64,000 bases of DNA, from contig CAWEXU010000013.1 of assembly GCA_963813075.1 (NCBI GenBank), forward strand, positions 1 through 64,000, written 5' to 3'. Of this stretch, positions 47,969-58,837 are shown one piece after another. Position numbers and translations under genes: made by a program. Below the pieces are notes generated by a model. That model was not told the origin of the DNA, did not search any database, and saw only the letters and a program-made list of their open reading frames with translations. Within the stretch, counting starts at the first letter, position 1, and each line of letters begins with the position of its first letter. This DNA is from Methanotrichaceae archaeon (GTDB taxonomy: Archaea > Halobacteriota > Methanosarcinia > Methanotrichales > Methanotrichaceae).

Positions 47969-48384
47969 ATACTAGAATCCTCCTTACCACAGGTTTGCTA
48001 TAATTATTATCTATGCACTATCTATTAAAAACTTTGGTTAAAATACAGATCTCTTGGGTAGAATAATTTTGGATCGTGAGTTGGAAGGCCAAGCAGATAA
48101 AAGAACTAATAGTGCGTATCATTTGGCAACGGTAGGAGCTGACAACACGGACGGGAGGCGCGGGCTGCGCTTGGAGATCAATAAGGCCGCTTGTTTTAGC
48201 CCGCCGGGCGCATATTTGTCTAATTATTAAACTCTGAGGGCTTCTTCCGAAATCTACCAGTACAACGGATGAGATCCTGCCAGACTCTGATTGGACGAGA
48301 TGTACAAAGTGATAACCTTTGAGCCTCATTCAGATTAGCCGCAAGACCAAGACTCATGCCACCAGTCTACCTCTGCCGCCAAGT

Positions 48385-48515
48385 AGTATCCAGTCCTCCC
48401 CGGCATTGAGGGGGCCCAGGGCATTACCGCAATTTTTCTGATATTCGGCATCCTTCGAGCCTCATAAAAGCAGTCCATCCTTCAGCCGGGCCCGCCTGAC
48501 GAATTTTCGCTTTTA
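48385..48515 (+). repeat. Dispersed structured repeat, internally deleted copy F
   Basis: GTATCCAG..CCCCGGCATTGAGGGGGCCCAGGGCATTA joined to TCATAAAAGCAGT..GGGCCCGCCTGACGAATTTT. Confidence 0.75.
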
Positions 48516-48570
48516 ACAAGAAAGAATATATCAAAGAAATGCCGATGTTCTGTGGCGAGGACGGTTAGCG

Positions 48571-49815
48571 TTGGCGGACAAAAGCCAGAAATCAGCGAGC
48601 CCAAGACAGATCCCTGCCACACAGATCCTGGCGGAGATAGAGCAGGGCGTGCCCGCGGAGCACAATGAGGTTCAGATCAAGGGCGACCTGATCATCGGTT
48701 ATGCCAACCTGCCGGTCGTTGAGGGGAAGCTTCGTGTCAGCTCTCCCATAAAGATAACCAACTGCCAATTCGAGGGAAAAGTGATCCTGGCACGGACCAT
48801 ATTCCTGGATTCGGTCGACCTCAGGGGATCGACATTTCATCAGCAGGCCAGTTTTAGCGGTTCCGTCTTCAAGTCGATTGCTGACTTGGGAAATGCCCGC
48901 TTTAGGGGTGAGGTCAGTTTCAACAAAAGCCAGTTTGAGGATGAGGCCAGCTTCAACCGGGCGGTCTTCGAAGAGAAAGCATTCTTCAGCAAATCGCTCT
49001 TCAAAAAGGAGTCCTACTTCAGAAAATCCGTATTCCAGGATGATTTGAGCTTCAACCGCTGCCAGTTTGAGGGGGATGCCTATTTCAAGGGCTCGGAGTT
49101 TCATAAAAAGGCCTTGTTCAGAAAGGCCAATTTCATTCACGATGCCGACTTCAGCCGCTCCCGCTTTATAGGAGAGGCAAACTTCGAATCCGCCCGCCTT
49201 TTGGGCGATGCATTCTTCACCGACGCCTCCTTTGAGGACGGGCTGGTCCTCACCCGGACCAAATATGAGAAGCTGTACATCCGCTGGAAGAGCTTAACCC
49301 GTCCAAAGTATCCATTCCCGTACCTGGAGCGCCTGGAGAGGATAAGCAAGCTGAAATTCGACAATAGCGATGGCGAGACCGCATACTTGCTCTTGATAGA
49401 CAACTTCAAAAAGCTGGGCTTCTTCGAGGACGCCGACGACTGCTACTATCACTACCGAAATGTGCGCCGTCAGAACCTGCCCGCACACTACCGGCCCATC
49501 GACTGGATACTGATGGCCTCCTATGGCTACGGCGTCCGCCCGGTCCGTCCCCTGGTTCTTTCCGCAAGCTTCTTCCTGGCTTTCGCCCTCTTTTATGCCG
49601 CCTTTGGAGGTTTCTTCAGCCCCGCTGGGGCCCCAAGCCCGGCCGAGGCGGCAAACCTCAGCCTTACCCTCCTTCTCTCCGGCTCCAAGCTCATCTCCGA
49701 TCCCAACGCTGCCGCCACAGGGGCTCTATACTTCATCTACACTTCTGAGAAGCTGATCGGCTCGTTCTTCTTTGCCCTGTTTCTGATCTCAGTGGGCAGG
49801 ACGATAATCAGATAA
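48571..49815 (+). CDS. Pentapeptide-repeat protein with C-terminal membrane segment
   Basis: Periodic AxFxxxxF repeats; YGYGVRPVRP then TM helices. Confidence 0.8.
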   Translation: MADKSQKSASPRQIPATQILAEIEQGVPAEHNEVQIKGDLIIGYANLPVVEGKLRVSSPIKITNCQFEGKVILARTIFLDSVDLRGSTFHQQASFSGSVFKSIADLGNARFRGEVSFNKSQFEDEASFNRAVFEEKAFFSKSLFKKESYFRKSVFQDDLSFNRCQFEGDAYFKGSEFHKKALFRKANFIHDADFSRSRFIGEANFESARLLGDAFFTDASFEDGLVLTRTKYEKLYIRWKSLTRPKYPFPYLERLERISKLKFDNSDGETAYLLLIDNFKKLGFFEDADDCYYHYRNVRRQNLPAHYRPIDWILMASYGYGVRPVRPLVLSASFFLAFALFYAAFGGFFSPAGAPSPAEAANLSLTLLLSGSKLISDPNAAATGALYFIYTSEKLIGSFFFALFLISVGRTIIR

Positions 49816-49870
49816 GCTCACCAAAATAATCACCCATCAAGATCATCTTTCATTAAGATCATCTCTCATT

Positions 49871-50665
49871 TCACGGCCCGGGATCGGTCAGCCCCTGATG
49901 CTCGGGGCAATAGTAGCTCGTCCGCCCGCCAAGCTTCTCGTGATAGAGAAGTGCTCCGTCTCTGGGGCAGCGACCGCCAGGATGGCGGTGGCGGAGGAGA
50001 TAGGAATCGGGCAGGCGGTCGAAATCCGCCCGGACGGAGATCGAGGTCCTCAGAACCTGCTGGATAATTGAGAAGAGGCGAGCTAGCTGCACCTCATCCA
50101 GGCTCCGGGAGCGGGGATGAATGCCGGCCTGAAACAGGGCCTCATCAGCATAGAGGTTCCCGATGCCAGAGATCAGCCTCTGGTTGAGCAGCAGGGACTT
50201 TATATTTCCCTTCCTTCCGTGCATGATCCTTAAAAATTCATCCCGCTCCACCAGCAGGGCATCGGGCCCCGTCTTTCCCTCTGCGAGGAAGGCGGCGGGG
50301 CTTTCTGTGAGACCCGCCTCCCCAAAGATGCGAAGATCGTCAAAGGCCAAACGGCAGCCGTTCTGAAACCGGATCAGCAGTCTGATGTGAGCGGGCTCTG
50401 CCTCATCCATATCCAGATAGATCAGCTTTCCCGTCATTCCCAGGTGAATTGTGAGCCACAGATCCTCCTCAAGCTCCAAAAAGAGCCTCTTTCCATACCT
50501 GTAAACCGATCGGAAGACCTTTCCTGCCAGGCATCGGCCAAGCTGGGCAGAAGTTGTCCGGCAGAGGATACGCTCGTCCATAACCCGCACCTCTTCTATG
50601 GGCTGAGCAAGAACTGTGGCCTCCAGATACTCTCTGGCCGATTCTACCTCAGGAAGTTCGGGCAT
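49871..50665 (-). CDS. mutM: Fpg/MutM DNA glycosylase
   Basis: MPELPEVE, HLGMTG, GIGNLYADEALF, CPRD..RTSYYCP zinc finger. Confidence 0.92.
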   Translation of the reverse strand: MPELPEVESAREYLEATVLAQPIEEVRVMDERILCRTTSAQLGRCLAGKVFRSVYRYGKRLFLELEEDLWLTIHLGMTGKLIYLDMDEAEPAHIRLLIRFQNGCRLAFDDLRIFGEAGLTESPAAFLAEGKTGPDALLVERDEFLRIMHGRKGNIKSLLLNQRLISGIGNLYADEALFQAGIHPRSRSLDEVQLARLFSIIQQVLRTSISVRADFDRLPDSYLLRHRHPGGRCPRDGALLYHEKLGGRTSYYCPEHQGLTDPGP

Positions 50666-50773
50666 GGAATTCATCCGTTTTTGTGGTGCAATGTGCCTTG
50701 GGCAGGGCAGTATACTTGGAGAAACAACTTAACATAAATACCTCCGCCTGCATATAAGGCAGTGGAAGATTGA

Positions 50774-51658
50774 TTGATTGTGTTGGCAGCAAAAGGCGTG
50801 AGCATGAGCGACACTATGGCCGAAGAGGCATATGTTTTCACGGAGACGGACAAGACCAAATCCAAATGGGTGGCCAGGGTCTACCAGGATTTTCTGCGCA
50901 GTACCGGCCGGCCCAAGACCACGTTGAGGGGGCTCTTTTATCATGCCCTGCAGATGAAGAATTCAGAATATCCGATCTGCGGGGGATTTGTGGGCGAGAT
51001 CAGGATCATGAGGCCCTACCACGAGCAGGATGGACCAAAGCTCTTAAAGTGGGCGCGCAAATCCAAAGCGATGGGATTCGTCCCTCCGGAGGCCATAATC
51101 GAGGAGACCTCTGGCGAGGGCAGCTTTCTGCCGGTGGAGGTGCAGAAGAAAGATCATATGAGTTCGCTCCCGGCCATCGAGGTCTGGCTTAATAAGCCCT
51201 CCCTCTCTACGCTTCTCATCCCCGTATGCAAAAAGCGTGGCATCGCTCTTATCTGGTTTGACCACCGTCCCTCTCAGGAGGCCATAGCCAGTCTATTCGC
51301 CCGCGCCTCTGCCCAGACCACCATTCTCACCCTTTCCGACCTGGACCGGAAGAGCGCCTTCTTCGCCCAGGAGCTGGCGGAGCAGATCGAGGGCTCATGG
51401 CCCGGGGGCTCCGGCGCTAGGATTGAGGTGAAATCGATCGGCCTCGTGCCCGAGCAAATCGGAGATCTCAAGATTCCTCTGGTGCGGGGCGATAGAGGCC
51501 AAAAGGAGGAAGAGGAACGCTACGGAAGATATCTGAAAAAATTCATCATTGATCCGAGAAAGATGGCCGAACTGGATGCCCTTGAGGTCTATTATCCCGG
51601 TGGAGTTGCCGCTTTTCTGAGTGATGCCCTGTCCAAATATCTGCATAGCGATTTCTGA
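50774..51658 (+). CDS. Hypothetical protein, divergent Topo VI-A/TOPRIM-like
   Basis: TLRGLFY, IEVWLNK, LSDLD, AELDALE. Confidence 0.5.
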   Translation: MIVLAAKGVSMSDTMAEEAYVFTETDKTKSKWVARVYQDFLRSTGRPKTTLRGLFYHALQMKNSEYPICGGFVGEIRIMRPYHEQDGPKLLKWARKSKAMGFVPPEAIIEETSGEGSFLPVEVQKKDHMSSLPAIEVWLNKPSLSTLLIPVCKKRGIALIWFDHRPSQEAIASLFARASAQTTILTLSDLDRKSAFFAQELAEQIEGSWPGGSGARIEVKSIGLVPEQIGDLKIPLVRGDRGQKEEEERYGRYLKKFIIDPRKMAELDALEVYYPGGVAAFLSDALSKYLHSDF

Positions 51659-51781
51659 CTTTTTCCCGCCGCACTGAAGCCGCACTAATTGTCCCCCCAT
51701 GCCATCCTCCCTTTGCCTTTCCCTTCCGTTCAGTTCGGGCGCGGAAAGTATTATAATAGTCGGATTCGCTCTTGAACTGAT

Positions 51782-52255
51782 ATGACAGAAGTTCCGGATA
51801 TCCCTCTGGATCAGATCCAGCAGCGAGTGGTGGCCATGTGGATGGGAAGCTTTTATGGCAGCAGCGGCTACGTGGCCCGGAAGCTAGGCAAAAAGGGCCT
51901 GAGGGAGTTTCAGGATATCGGAGCCCGCCAGGTTGCGGCCACCTTCAAGCAGCTGGGTCTGGACGAGCCGGCGAGCGCGGCCATGGCCATGGCCACCAAT
52001 GACAAAAACCTCTTCGGTAGCCAGGTAGAGGTGGCAGAAGGGGACGGCTTTGTGGAGATCAGACGGATTCGCTGCGGCCAGATGGAAGGGGCCAAGTCCT
52101 TTGCCCGGGTGGGGGCGAGCCTTATTGCCAAAGAGCACTGCAAGACCTGCATCGAATCCCACTGGCAGAGGGTGTTCTCTGAACTGAAGATGAAGCTGGA
52201 GGTCGAGCACACCGATGAGGGATGCATAATGAGAATATCAAAGCAGGAAGCTTGA
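51782..52255 (+). CDS. Hypothetical protein
   Basis: 157-aa ORF with Cys motif and upstream TATA-like TTATAATA. Confidence 0.7.
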   Translation: MTEVPDIPLDQIQQRVVAMWMGSFYGSSGYVARKLGKKGLREFQDIGARQVAATFKQLGLDEPASAAMAMATNDKNLFGSQVEVAEGDGFVEIRRIRCGQMEGAKSFARVGASLIAKEHCKTCIESHWQRVFSELKMKLEVEHTDEGCIMRISKQEA

Positions 52256-52327
52256 AAATAGCATGTCGGTTAGAACTCCTGTCTAAGACAGCTTTGAAGA
52301 TGTCTTGATGTGTTATTATCAGGCAGC

Positions 52328-54334
52328 CTATCTGAGTCTGCACTCCCGTCGCTCTTTATTTTTCACATAAGCCGCCGAGCGGGCCAATTCTCTGGTCTCC
52401 TCCTTTGCTTTCATCCGCTCCGACTGGGCCTGAGACCTCAAGGTTGAGGCTGTGGCCTTCGAGTCTGCTGCGGCAACACTGCGATCAGCCCTACTGGCAG
52501 CTATCTTTTCCGACTGCTCCATTCGGCCGCTATTAACTTCCTTGCTAATTGCATAAATTGCCGATCTGGTGCTCTCTTTTGACTCCACTCTCTCCTTTTG
52601 CGCCTCATTGCGGGAGATCATGGCCGAGGCCCTGGATAGGGATGCAGCATTCTTTCCCGCTTGTGCAGGAGGAGTGGATTGGGCAGGTGCCTGGCCCAGG
52701 CCGGCATTGCTGCCCTCACTCGTCTCGGAATCTGATGCTGGTGCGGATGGGGGCACAGCCGCTTTCTTGCTTTCCCCTGACCGGCTCTCTTGCACCTTTT
52801 TGCTCCTCTCCGTAGCTATCTGGCTCGCCTTCCTGGCAGATTCGCTCTTCTTTGCCAGGTCCCTCTCATTGGATGAGGATGACAAAACCCTCTCATTTGC
52901 CGCCTGGTCATAGCGTTCGGTCTTTTCCCTGGCCAGATTCTCAGTTTGCTTTGACCGGCTTTCCTGCCGCTCAAATGCTCTGGCAGATGCTGCTGAGCTT
53001 GCCTCTCCGGTGGCCTTGAGCTGGGTCTCGGTCTTGATTGGCGTTGTCTTGACCGGCGTCACAGCCCCGCTCATCGTCTCGGCTTCTGATGGCATTTCGG
53101 TCTTTGCGGTAGTCTCCGCCTTGACCGATACCTCTGCTTTGACAGGAGTTTCTGTCTTAATTGGAGTCTGCGGCTTGACCTCTGTTTCGGCTCTGGTTTT
53201 GGCTGGCGTTTCAGTCTTAACTGCCATCTCTGCCCCGGCCTGCATCTTGGCCTCAACCGGTTTCTCGACTTTACCTGGCGTCTGCGCCTTGTCCATAGTC
53301 TCGGCTTTTACTGGTGCCCTGGTCTTAACTATTGTCTCTGTTTTGACCGATATCTCTCGGTTGGCTGTCGTATCTATTTCAACTGCCATCCCCGCCGGCG
53401 TCTTCGCCTCGACTGGCGTCTTAGGCTCTGCTGGTGTTTCAATCGTTGTCGGCATCTCTGCATTTGCCTGCACTCCGGCTTTTGGAGCATCGTTTACCTT
53501 TGCAGCATTGTTTGCCTTTGCAGGTACCTCTTTATCTGCCAGCGTCTTCATCCTGGCTGCATCAGTCTCGCTCTTGAGGCGCTCAGATCCTGAGTCTGAA
53601 TCTTTTCCTCCATCTGGATCAATCAGATCTTGTGGACTTTCATTGCGATATACGCCTGCTGGCGACTTGATTGATTGCAGCTTTGCGGTCACAGAATCAA
53701 TTGGGATCGGGAGATTTGCAGAGCTGTTTATTGGCAGTTGAGCGATCGATGTTCCATTTGTGGCGGTTCCATTTGCGCTCTCATTATTGGGGACGGTTGC
53801 GCTCTCTTTATTCGCACTCTCATCTGTCTTATCCGATGAGGACCTCGAGCGGGATGAGCTTGACGAGCCTGATGAGCTATGGCTTTTGCTGCTGCTGGCA
53901 ATTGTGCCGGACTTCTTTGCGGAATTATTGGTGCCTGCAGACAGGCTGGATGCGGAGCTGGTCCCAGACGAATTCGATGAATTCATTTGACTGTCGATGT
54001 CCTCACCTGGGGATGAGTTTCCATTAAGAGCACTATCCTGCACATCCACCGGCTCAGCATCCTTTTGGGCTGAACGATTATTTTCATTCTCGGCCCATTG
54101 AGCAGGCGATACATTGCCTCTCCCTGCTCCCAGAGAACCTATGCTGCCTTGAGTGCTCATATCGTCATAATCGAGCCCGAAAGACAAAATATCCGAAATC
54201 AGAAATGCCGAGGTGCCAGTCAATGACAGCAGAATAATTATCAGAATAAGGTTATATACCCTGGGATGTTTTCCCTTCAATCTCTCTTTTGCCAGACTGT
54301 AATAGGTGGTTCTCGGTCCCATGAAGTCCTTCAT
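52328..54334 (-). CDS. Membrane-anchored low-complexity protein
   Basis: One N-terminal TM helix, Ser-rich tract, (K/E)(T/A)E(T/M)PV-type repeats. Confidence 0.7.
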   Translation of the reverse strand: MKDFMGPRTTYYSLAKERLKGKHPRVYNLILIIILLSLTGTSAFLISDILSFGLDYDDMSTQGSIGSLGAGRGNVSPAQWAENENNRSAQKDAEPVDVQDSALNGNSSPGEDIDSQMNSSNSSGTSSASSLSAGTNNSAKKSGTIASSSKSHSSSGSSSSSRSRSSSDKTDESANKESATVPNNESANGTATNGTSIAQLPINSSANLPIPIDSVTAKLQSIKSPAGVYRNESPQDLIDPDGGKDSDSGSERLKSETDAARMKTLADKEVPAKANNAAKVNDAPKAGVQANAEMPTTIETPAEPKTPVEAKTPAGMAVEIDTTANREISVKTETIVKTRAPVKAETMDKAQTPGKVEKPVEAKMQAGAEMAVKTETPAKTRAETEVKPQTPIKTETPVKAEVSVKAETTAKTEMPSEAETMSGAVTPVKTTPIKTETQLKATGEASSAASARAFERQESRSKQTENLAREKTERYDQAANERVLSSSSNERDLAKKSESARKASQIATERSKKVQESRSGESKKAAVPPSAPASDSETSEGSNAGLGQAPAQSTPPAQAGKNAASLSRASAMISRNEAQKERVESKESTRSAIYAISKEVNSGRMEQSEKIAASRADRSVAAADSKATASTLRSQAQSERMKAKEETRELARSAAYVKNKERRECRLR

Positions 54335-54489
54335 ACTTAAATAGATATTTTTTAAAGTTTATAACCCTTGCGACTGGGTATTTAAATCCTTTAGGAAACA
54401 ATCAATGAATTCCAATTTTAATAAGAATTCTCTTAGGTAAATTATATATACTGTTATCAACTGAATACCATCGTTGAAGGTGAGGAAAT

Positions 54490-54855
54490 ATGAAGAGGAT
54501 CATCTGCAAAAATTGTGGAGTGGTGAATGAGGTCTCGGATGGAGCTTTGGGGGATGAAGATGACTGGCTGGAATGCACCCTTCCCGAGGGCTTTGAATGG
54601 ATTCTGCCTGCGGGGAAGATAACCCCTGTAATCGGCGATCCGCTGTACATATCTGCCCTGGGTGAGCACCTCTCCTATCATGCCTATCTGGACAAATATG
54701 AAATCGATCCGGAGATTGCCTATCAGCTCATACGGGGGAGCAATCGCGCTCGATCTGCCTACATGGCTTATTCCAGCAAACAAAAGACTGAGGCTCAAGT
54801 TAGCTCAAAGGGAAGGTCGGAAAGCTGGCTTGACGAAGACGACTGGACCTCTTGA
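54490..54855 (+). CDS. Hypothetical protein with N-terminal CxxC
   Basis: 121-aa ORF, AGGTGAGG Shine-Dalgarno. Confidence 0.65.
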   Translation: MKRIICKNCGVVNEVSDGALGDEDDWLECTLPEGFEWILPAGKITPVIGDPLYISALGEHLSYHAYLDKYEIDPEIAYQLIRGSNRARSAYMAYSSKQKTEAQVSSKGRSESWLDEDDWTS

Positions 54856-55304
54856 AGAGGCGAGATATTGGGGGCCCGGAATAGCTCTAATGATGCAGCC
54901 ACCCATAAACAGCTACCTATAAAACAGCCACCCATAGGCTGCCAGGAGCCGCATCACAATCGCTCACAATATTATTCGTGTTTGCGGGCTTGAAACCACC
55001 CTTTTATCTGGCAAAAGGAATGACCCCGCCAGCTAGCTTGCTCTTTTCCCTTAAGCCTCGGCCAGTCTGCTATTTGTTAGGCGTTAGGCGAATTATTAAG
55101 GTGTTATTAGGTCATTCAGGCGTATTCGAGGCATAATTCGGAACTATTTCGCCCTTATCCATAGCTGAATAAAGATTGGTTTCTAAAGAGCTGATTTGCT
55201 GAGATAGATTCAAATATAAATGTGAGGCAGTCTCAACCCTGCATTACCTGTGGCCTGGATCTACTGCTCTGGACCATGAAGTTGGGATGCGCCGAGGAAT
55301 GTGC

Positions 55305-55868
55305 ATGAAAGAGACGCTTGAGGAGATAGGGACACGACTTCGTGAGCTGAGAGAGCTGAACCGAGTATCGCCCAAAGAGATGGCAGAGCACCTGAAGGTG
55401 CAGGTGGATACTTACAACTGCTATGAGGACGGAAAGCTGGACATCCCGGCCAGCATTCTCATCGGCATTGCGCGAAGGCTGAACGTGGACACAGGCCTCC
55501 TCTTAACCGGCATGGAGTCCAAGATGAACATCTTCGCCATAACCCGTAAGGGCGAGGGGGTAGAGGTGGAGCGCAGGAAGCAGTATCATTATCAGAGCCT
55601 GGCCAGAAAGTTCGCCAATAAGAAGGCCGAACCTTTTATCGTCACCATCGATCCCAAGAAAGAGAGCCAATCGCATCCAGTCCACTCGCTGTACAGCCAT
55701 CCTGGCCAGGAGTTTGAGTACGTGCTTGAGGGCACCTTGAAGATCACCATCAATGATAACGAGGTCATCCTCAACGAAGGGGACTCTATATTCTTTGATT
55801 CAACATATGATCATGTCATGGAAGCCTTAAATGATATGCCCGTGAAGTTTTTGGCCGTGGTCATGTAA
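55305..55868 (+). CDS. XRE-HTH plus cupin transcriptional regulator
   Basis: [25 protein letters not shown] cupin. Confidence 0.9.
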   Translation: MKETLEEIGTRLRELRELNRVSPKEMAEHLKVQVDTYNCYEDGKLDIPASILIGIARRLNVDTGLLLTGMESKMNIFAITRKGEGVEVERRKQYHYQSLARKFANKKAEPFIVTIDPKKESQSHPVHSLYSHPGQEFEYVLEGTLKITINDNEVILNEGDSIFFDSTYDHVMEALNDMPVKFLAVVM

Positions 55869-55889
55869 ACCGGTTACAGAGGATTAAAT

Positions 55890-57791
55890 ATGACATCTTT
55901 ATTGCCTAGGTATGTCTCGCGATTGGATTTCAAATCATACGACGACTTCAGAGAGAACCTGAAGATCCTCGTCCCCGAGAACTTCAATTTCGCTTATGAC
56001 GTAGTAGACGTTTATGCTGCTGAATGTCCTGATAAGCGTGCACTGGTCTGGTGCAACGATCACGGAGAGGAGAAGTCCATCAGCTTCAAAGAGCTGAAGA
56101 CATTAAGCGACAAAGCCGCCAACCTCTTTCAAGGGTATGGGATAAAGAAGGGCGATACAGTTATGCTCACCCTCAAGAGCCGCTGGGAGTTCTGGGTGTG
56201 CATGGTGGGCTTGAACAAGCTCGGCGCTATCGCCATACCTTCCACTCATATGCTCAAAGCCAAAGACTTCCTCTATCGCATTAAAAAAGCAGACCTGAAG
56301 CTTATCGTCTGCATCGGTGAGAACGGAGTTCCCTCCGAGTTCGATATTGCTCACAGCGAGGCGGGAAACATCTCGCTGGTCAAAGCCCTGGTGGGAAGCC
56401 GGGATCTGAACCGAGAGGGCTGGATCAACTTCGATCTGGAGCTGGAGCGGGCCAGCGAAAACTTCGTCCGGCCCACTGGGGACCAGGCCACAAAGAACGA
56501 TGACATACTTCTGGCATACTTCACCTCCGGCACCACCGGCTATCCAAAGTTGGTCAAGCACGATCAGACCTATCCCCTGGGCCATATCCTCACTGCCAAG
56601 TTCTGGCAGAATGTGGAGGACGACGGACTGCATTACACGGTTGCCGATACCGGCTGGGCCAAATGCGCCTGGGGTAAGATATTCGGCCAGTGGCTGGCCG
56701 GGTCGGCCGTCTTCGTCTATGACTACGACCGCTTCGACGCCGGGAGGATGATGGACGAGATGGGAAAATACGGCGTGACCACCTTCTGCGCCCCGCCCAC
56801 CATCTTCAGGTTCATGATCAAGAGCGATATGTCCCGCTACGACTTCTCCCGCCTCAAGTATGCAGTCACCGCGGGCGAGCCTCTGAACCCTTCGGTATAC
56901 GAGAGCTTCCTTGAGACCACCGGCCTGCGGCTGATGGAGGGATACGGTCAGACAGAGACCGTGGTCTGCATCTCCAACTATCCCTGGATGGAGGCCAAAC
57001 CGGGCTCCATGGGAAAGCCGGCCGCTGGATACGATATCCTCCTGGTGGGAAAGAACGACAAGGTCTGCGAGGTGGGCGAGGAAGGAGAGATTGTGATCAA
57101 GACGGACAGGGGAAAGCCGGTGGGCCTATTCACCGACTATCACATGGACCCGGACAAGACCAGCACTACCTGGCACGATGATTACTATCATACCGGAGAC
57201 ACTGCCTGGCGGGACGAGGACGGATACTTCTGGTTCATCGGCCGGACGGACGATATGATCAAGAGCTCCGGCTACCGGGTGGGGCCCTTTGAGGTCGAGT
57301 CGGCTCTCATGTCCCATCCCGCCGTCCTGGAGGTGGCAATCACCGGAGTGCCCGATGCCATCCGCGGTCAGGTGGTCAAAGCCACGATAGTCCTCACCCG
57401 GGGATTCAGCCCCTCTGAGGAGCTGAAACGGGAGCTGCAAGATCACGTGAAAAAGGTGACCGCGCCCTACAAGTATCCTCGAATAGTGGAGTTCGTGGAT
57501 GAGCTTCCAAAGACCATCAGCGGCAAGATAAGAAGGGTGGAGATCCGGGATAAGGACAAGCCCTATCCGGTGATCAACTCCCTGGAATGCAAAGCATGCG
57601 AGAGGTGTGTTGAGGCCTGTCCGGAAGGGGTGCTGAAGATGGGCAGTGAGCTGAACATTCGCGGCTACAACTATGTGGTCTACTCAGGAGACGGATGCAT
57701 AGGCTGCGCAGCCTGCTACTACACCTGCCCCGAGCCGCTGGCAATTGAGGTCCATGTGCCTCAGAAAGATAAGTCTGCGCAGGAGAGCTGA
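55890..57791 (+). CDS. AMP-forming acyl-CoA synthetase fused to 2[4Fe-4S] ferredoxin (VorC-like)
   Basis: [25 protein letters not shown], then [12 protein letters not shown] and [12 protein letters not shown]. Confidence 0.88.
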   Translation: MTSLLPRYVSRLDFKSYDDFRENLKILVPENFNFAYDVVDVYAAECPDKRALVWCNDHGEEKSISFKELKTLSDKAANLFQGYGIKKGDTVMLTLKSRWEFWVCMVGLNKLGAIAIPSTHMLKAKDFLYRIKKADLKLIVCIGENGVPSEFDIAHSEAGNISLVKALVGSRDLNREGWINFDLELERASENFVRPTGDQATKNDDILLAYFTSGTTGYPKLVKHDQTYPLGHILTAKFWQNVEDDGLHYTVADTGWAKCAWGKIFGQWLAGSAVFVYDYDRFDAGRMMDEMGKYGVTTFCAPPTIFRFMIKSDMSRYDFSRLKYAVTAGEPLNPSVYESFLETTGLRLMEGYGQTETVVCISNYPWMEAKPGSMGKPAAGYDILLVGKNDKVCEVGEEGEIVIKTDRGKPVGLFTDYHMDPDKTSTTWHDDYYHTGDTAWRDEDGYFWFIGRTDDMIKSSGYRVGPFEVESALMSHPAVLEVAITGVPDAIRGQVVKATIVLTRGFSPSEELKRELQDHVKKVTAPYKYPRIVEFVDELPKTISGKIRRVEIRDKDKPYPVINSLECKACERCVEACPEGVLKMGSELNIRGYNYVVYSGDGCIGCAACYYTCPEPLAIEVHVPQKDKSAQES

Positions 57792-57793
57792 AA

Positions 57794-58837
57794 ATGGCAT
57801 CTCAGTTAATAGCGGGCAACAGTGCAGTGGTTGTGGGAGCACTTTATGCCGGATGCGACTGCTTTTTCGGCTATCCCATCACTCCGGCCAGCGAGATTCT
57901 GCATGAGGCATCCAGATTCTTCCCAAAGCTCGGGCGCAAGTTTGTCCAGGCTGAATCGGAGGAAGCGGCAATCAACATGGTCTATGGGGCGGCAACCGCC
58001 GGTCATCGGGTGCTGGCTGCCAGCTCCGGGCCGGGAATGAGCCTGAAGCAGGAGGGAATAACCTACATCGCTGGAGCAGAGCTGCCCTGTGTGATTGTGG
58101 ACATCTGCCGGGCGGGTCCGGGCCTGGGCAACATCGGTCCGGAGCAGTCCGACTACAATCAGGCCTGCAAGGGTGGAGGCCACGGCTGCTACCATAACAT
58201 CGTTCTCGCTCCGGCCAGCGTGCAGGAGATGTGCGACTTCACCGGCAAGGGCTTTGAGCTGGCCTTCAAGTACCGAAATCCGGTGGTCATCCTGGCGGAT
58301 GGGGTTTTGGGGCATATGGTCGAGCCCCTGGAGTTTCCCCAGGAGGCAGTAGAGCATACCATCGATACCACCTGGGCGGTGGCAGGCAAAGCGGAGACTA
58401 GAGGAAATCTGGTCACATCCATCTCTTTGGACTTCGGCGACCTGGAAAAGCATAACCTGATGCTGCAGGAGAAGTACCGCCAGGTGGAGGAGAATGAAGT
58501 TCTGTGGGATGGATACCGGCTGGAGGATGCGGATGTGGTCCTGGTCTCTTACGGCATCAGCAGCCGGATCGCCAGATCGGCAGTGGACAGTGCCCGAAAG
58601 GAGGGAATCCGGGCCGGGCTCTTCCGGCCCATAACCCTCTATCCATTCCCCCGGGATGAGATCCGCAGGCTCGCCGACAGGGGCTCGAAGTTCATATCGG
58701 TGGAGATGAGCAACGGCCAGATGAGAGAAGATATTCGACTTGCCAGCGGCTGCCGGCCGGTGGAGCTTGTCTCTCGTTACGGAGGAAATCTGATCAACAT
58801 CGACCAGATCATGGATAAGATCAGGGAGGTGGCATAA
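57794..58837 (+). CDS. vorB: 2-oxoisovalerate:ferredoxin oxidoreductase subunit VorB
   Basis: [28 protein letters not shown]. Confidence 0.88.
   Translation: MASQLIAGNSAVVVGALYAGCDCFFGYPITPASEILHEASRFFPKLGRKFVQAESEEAAINMVYGAATAGHRVLAASSGPGMSLKQEGITYIAGAELPCVIVDICRAGPGLGNIGPEQSDYNQACKGGGHGCYHNIVLAPASVQEMCDFTGKGFELAFKYRNPVVILADGVLGHMVEPLEFPQEAVEHTIDTTWAVAGKAETRGNLVTSISLDFGDLEKHNLMLQEKYRQVEENEVLWDGYRLEDADVVLVSYGISSRIARSAVDSARKEGIRAGLFRPITLYPFPRDEIRRLADRGSKFISVEMSNGQMREDIRLASGCRPVELVSRYGGNLINIDQIMDKIREVA

Noticed and set aside
54895..54938. CAGCCACCCATA-like short tandem repeats
   Set aside because: Three short imperfect copies with no supporting context
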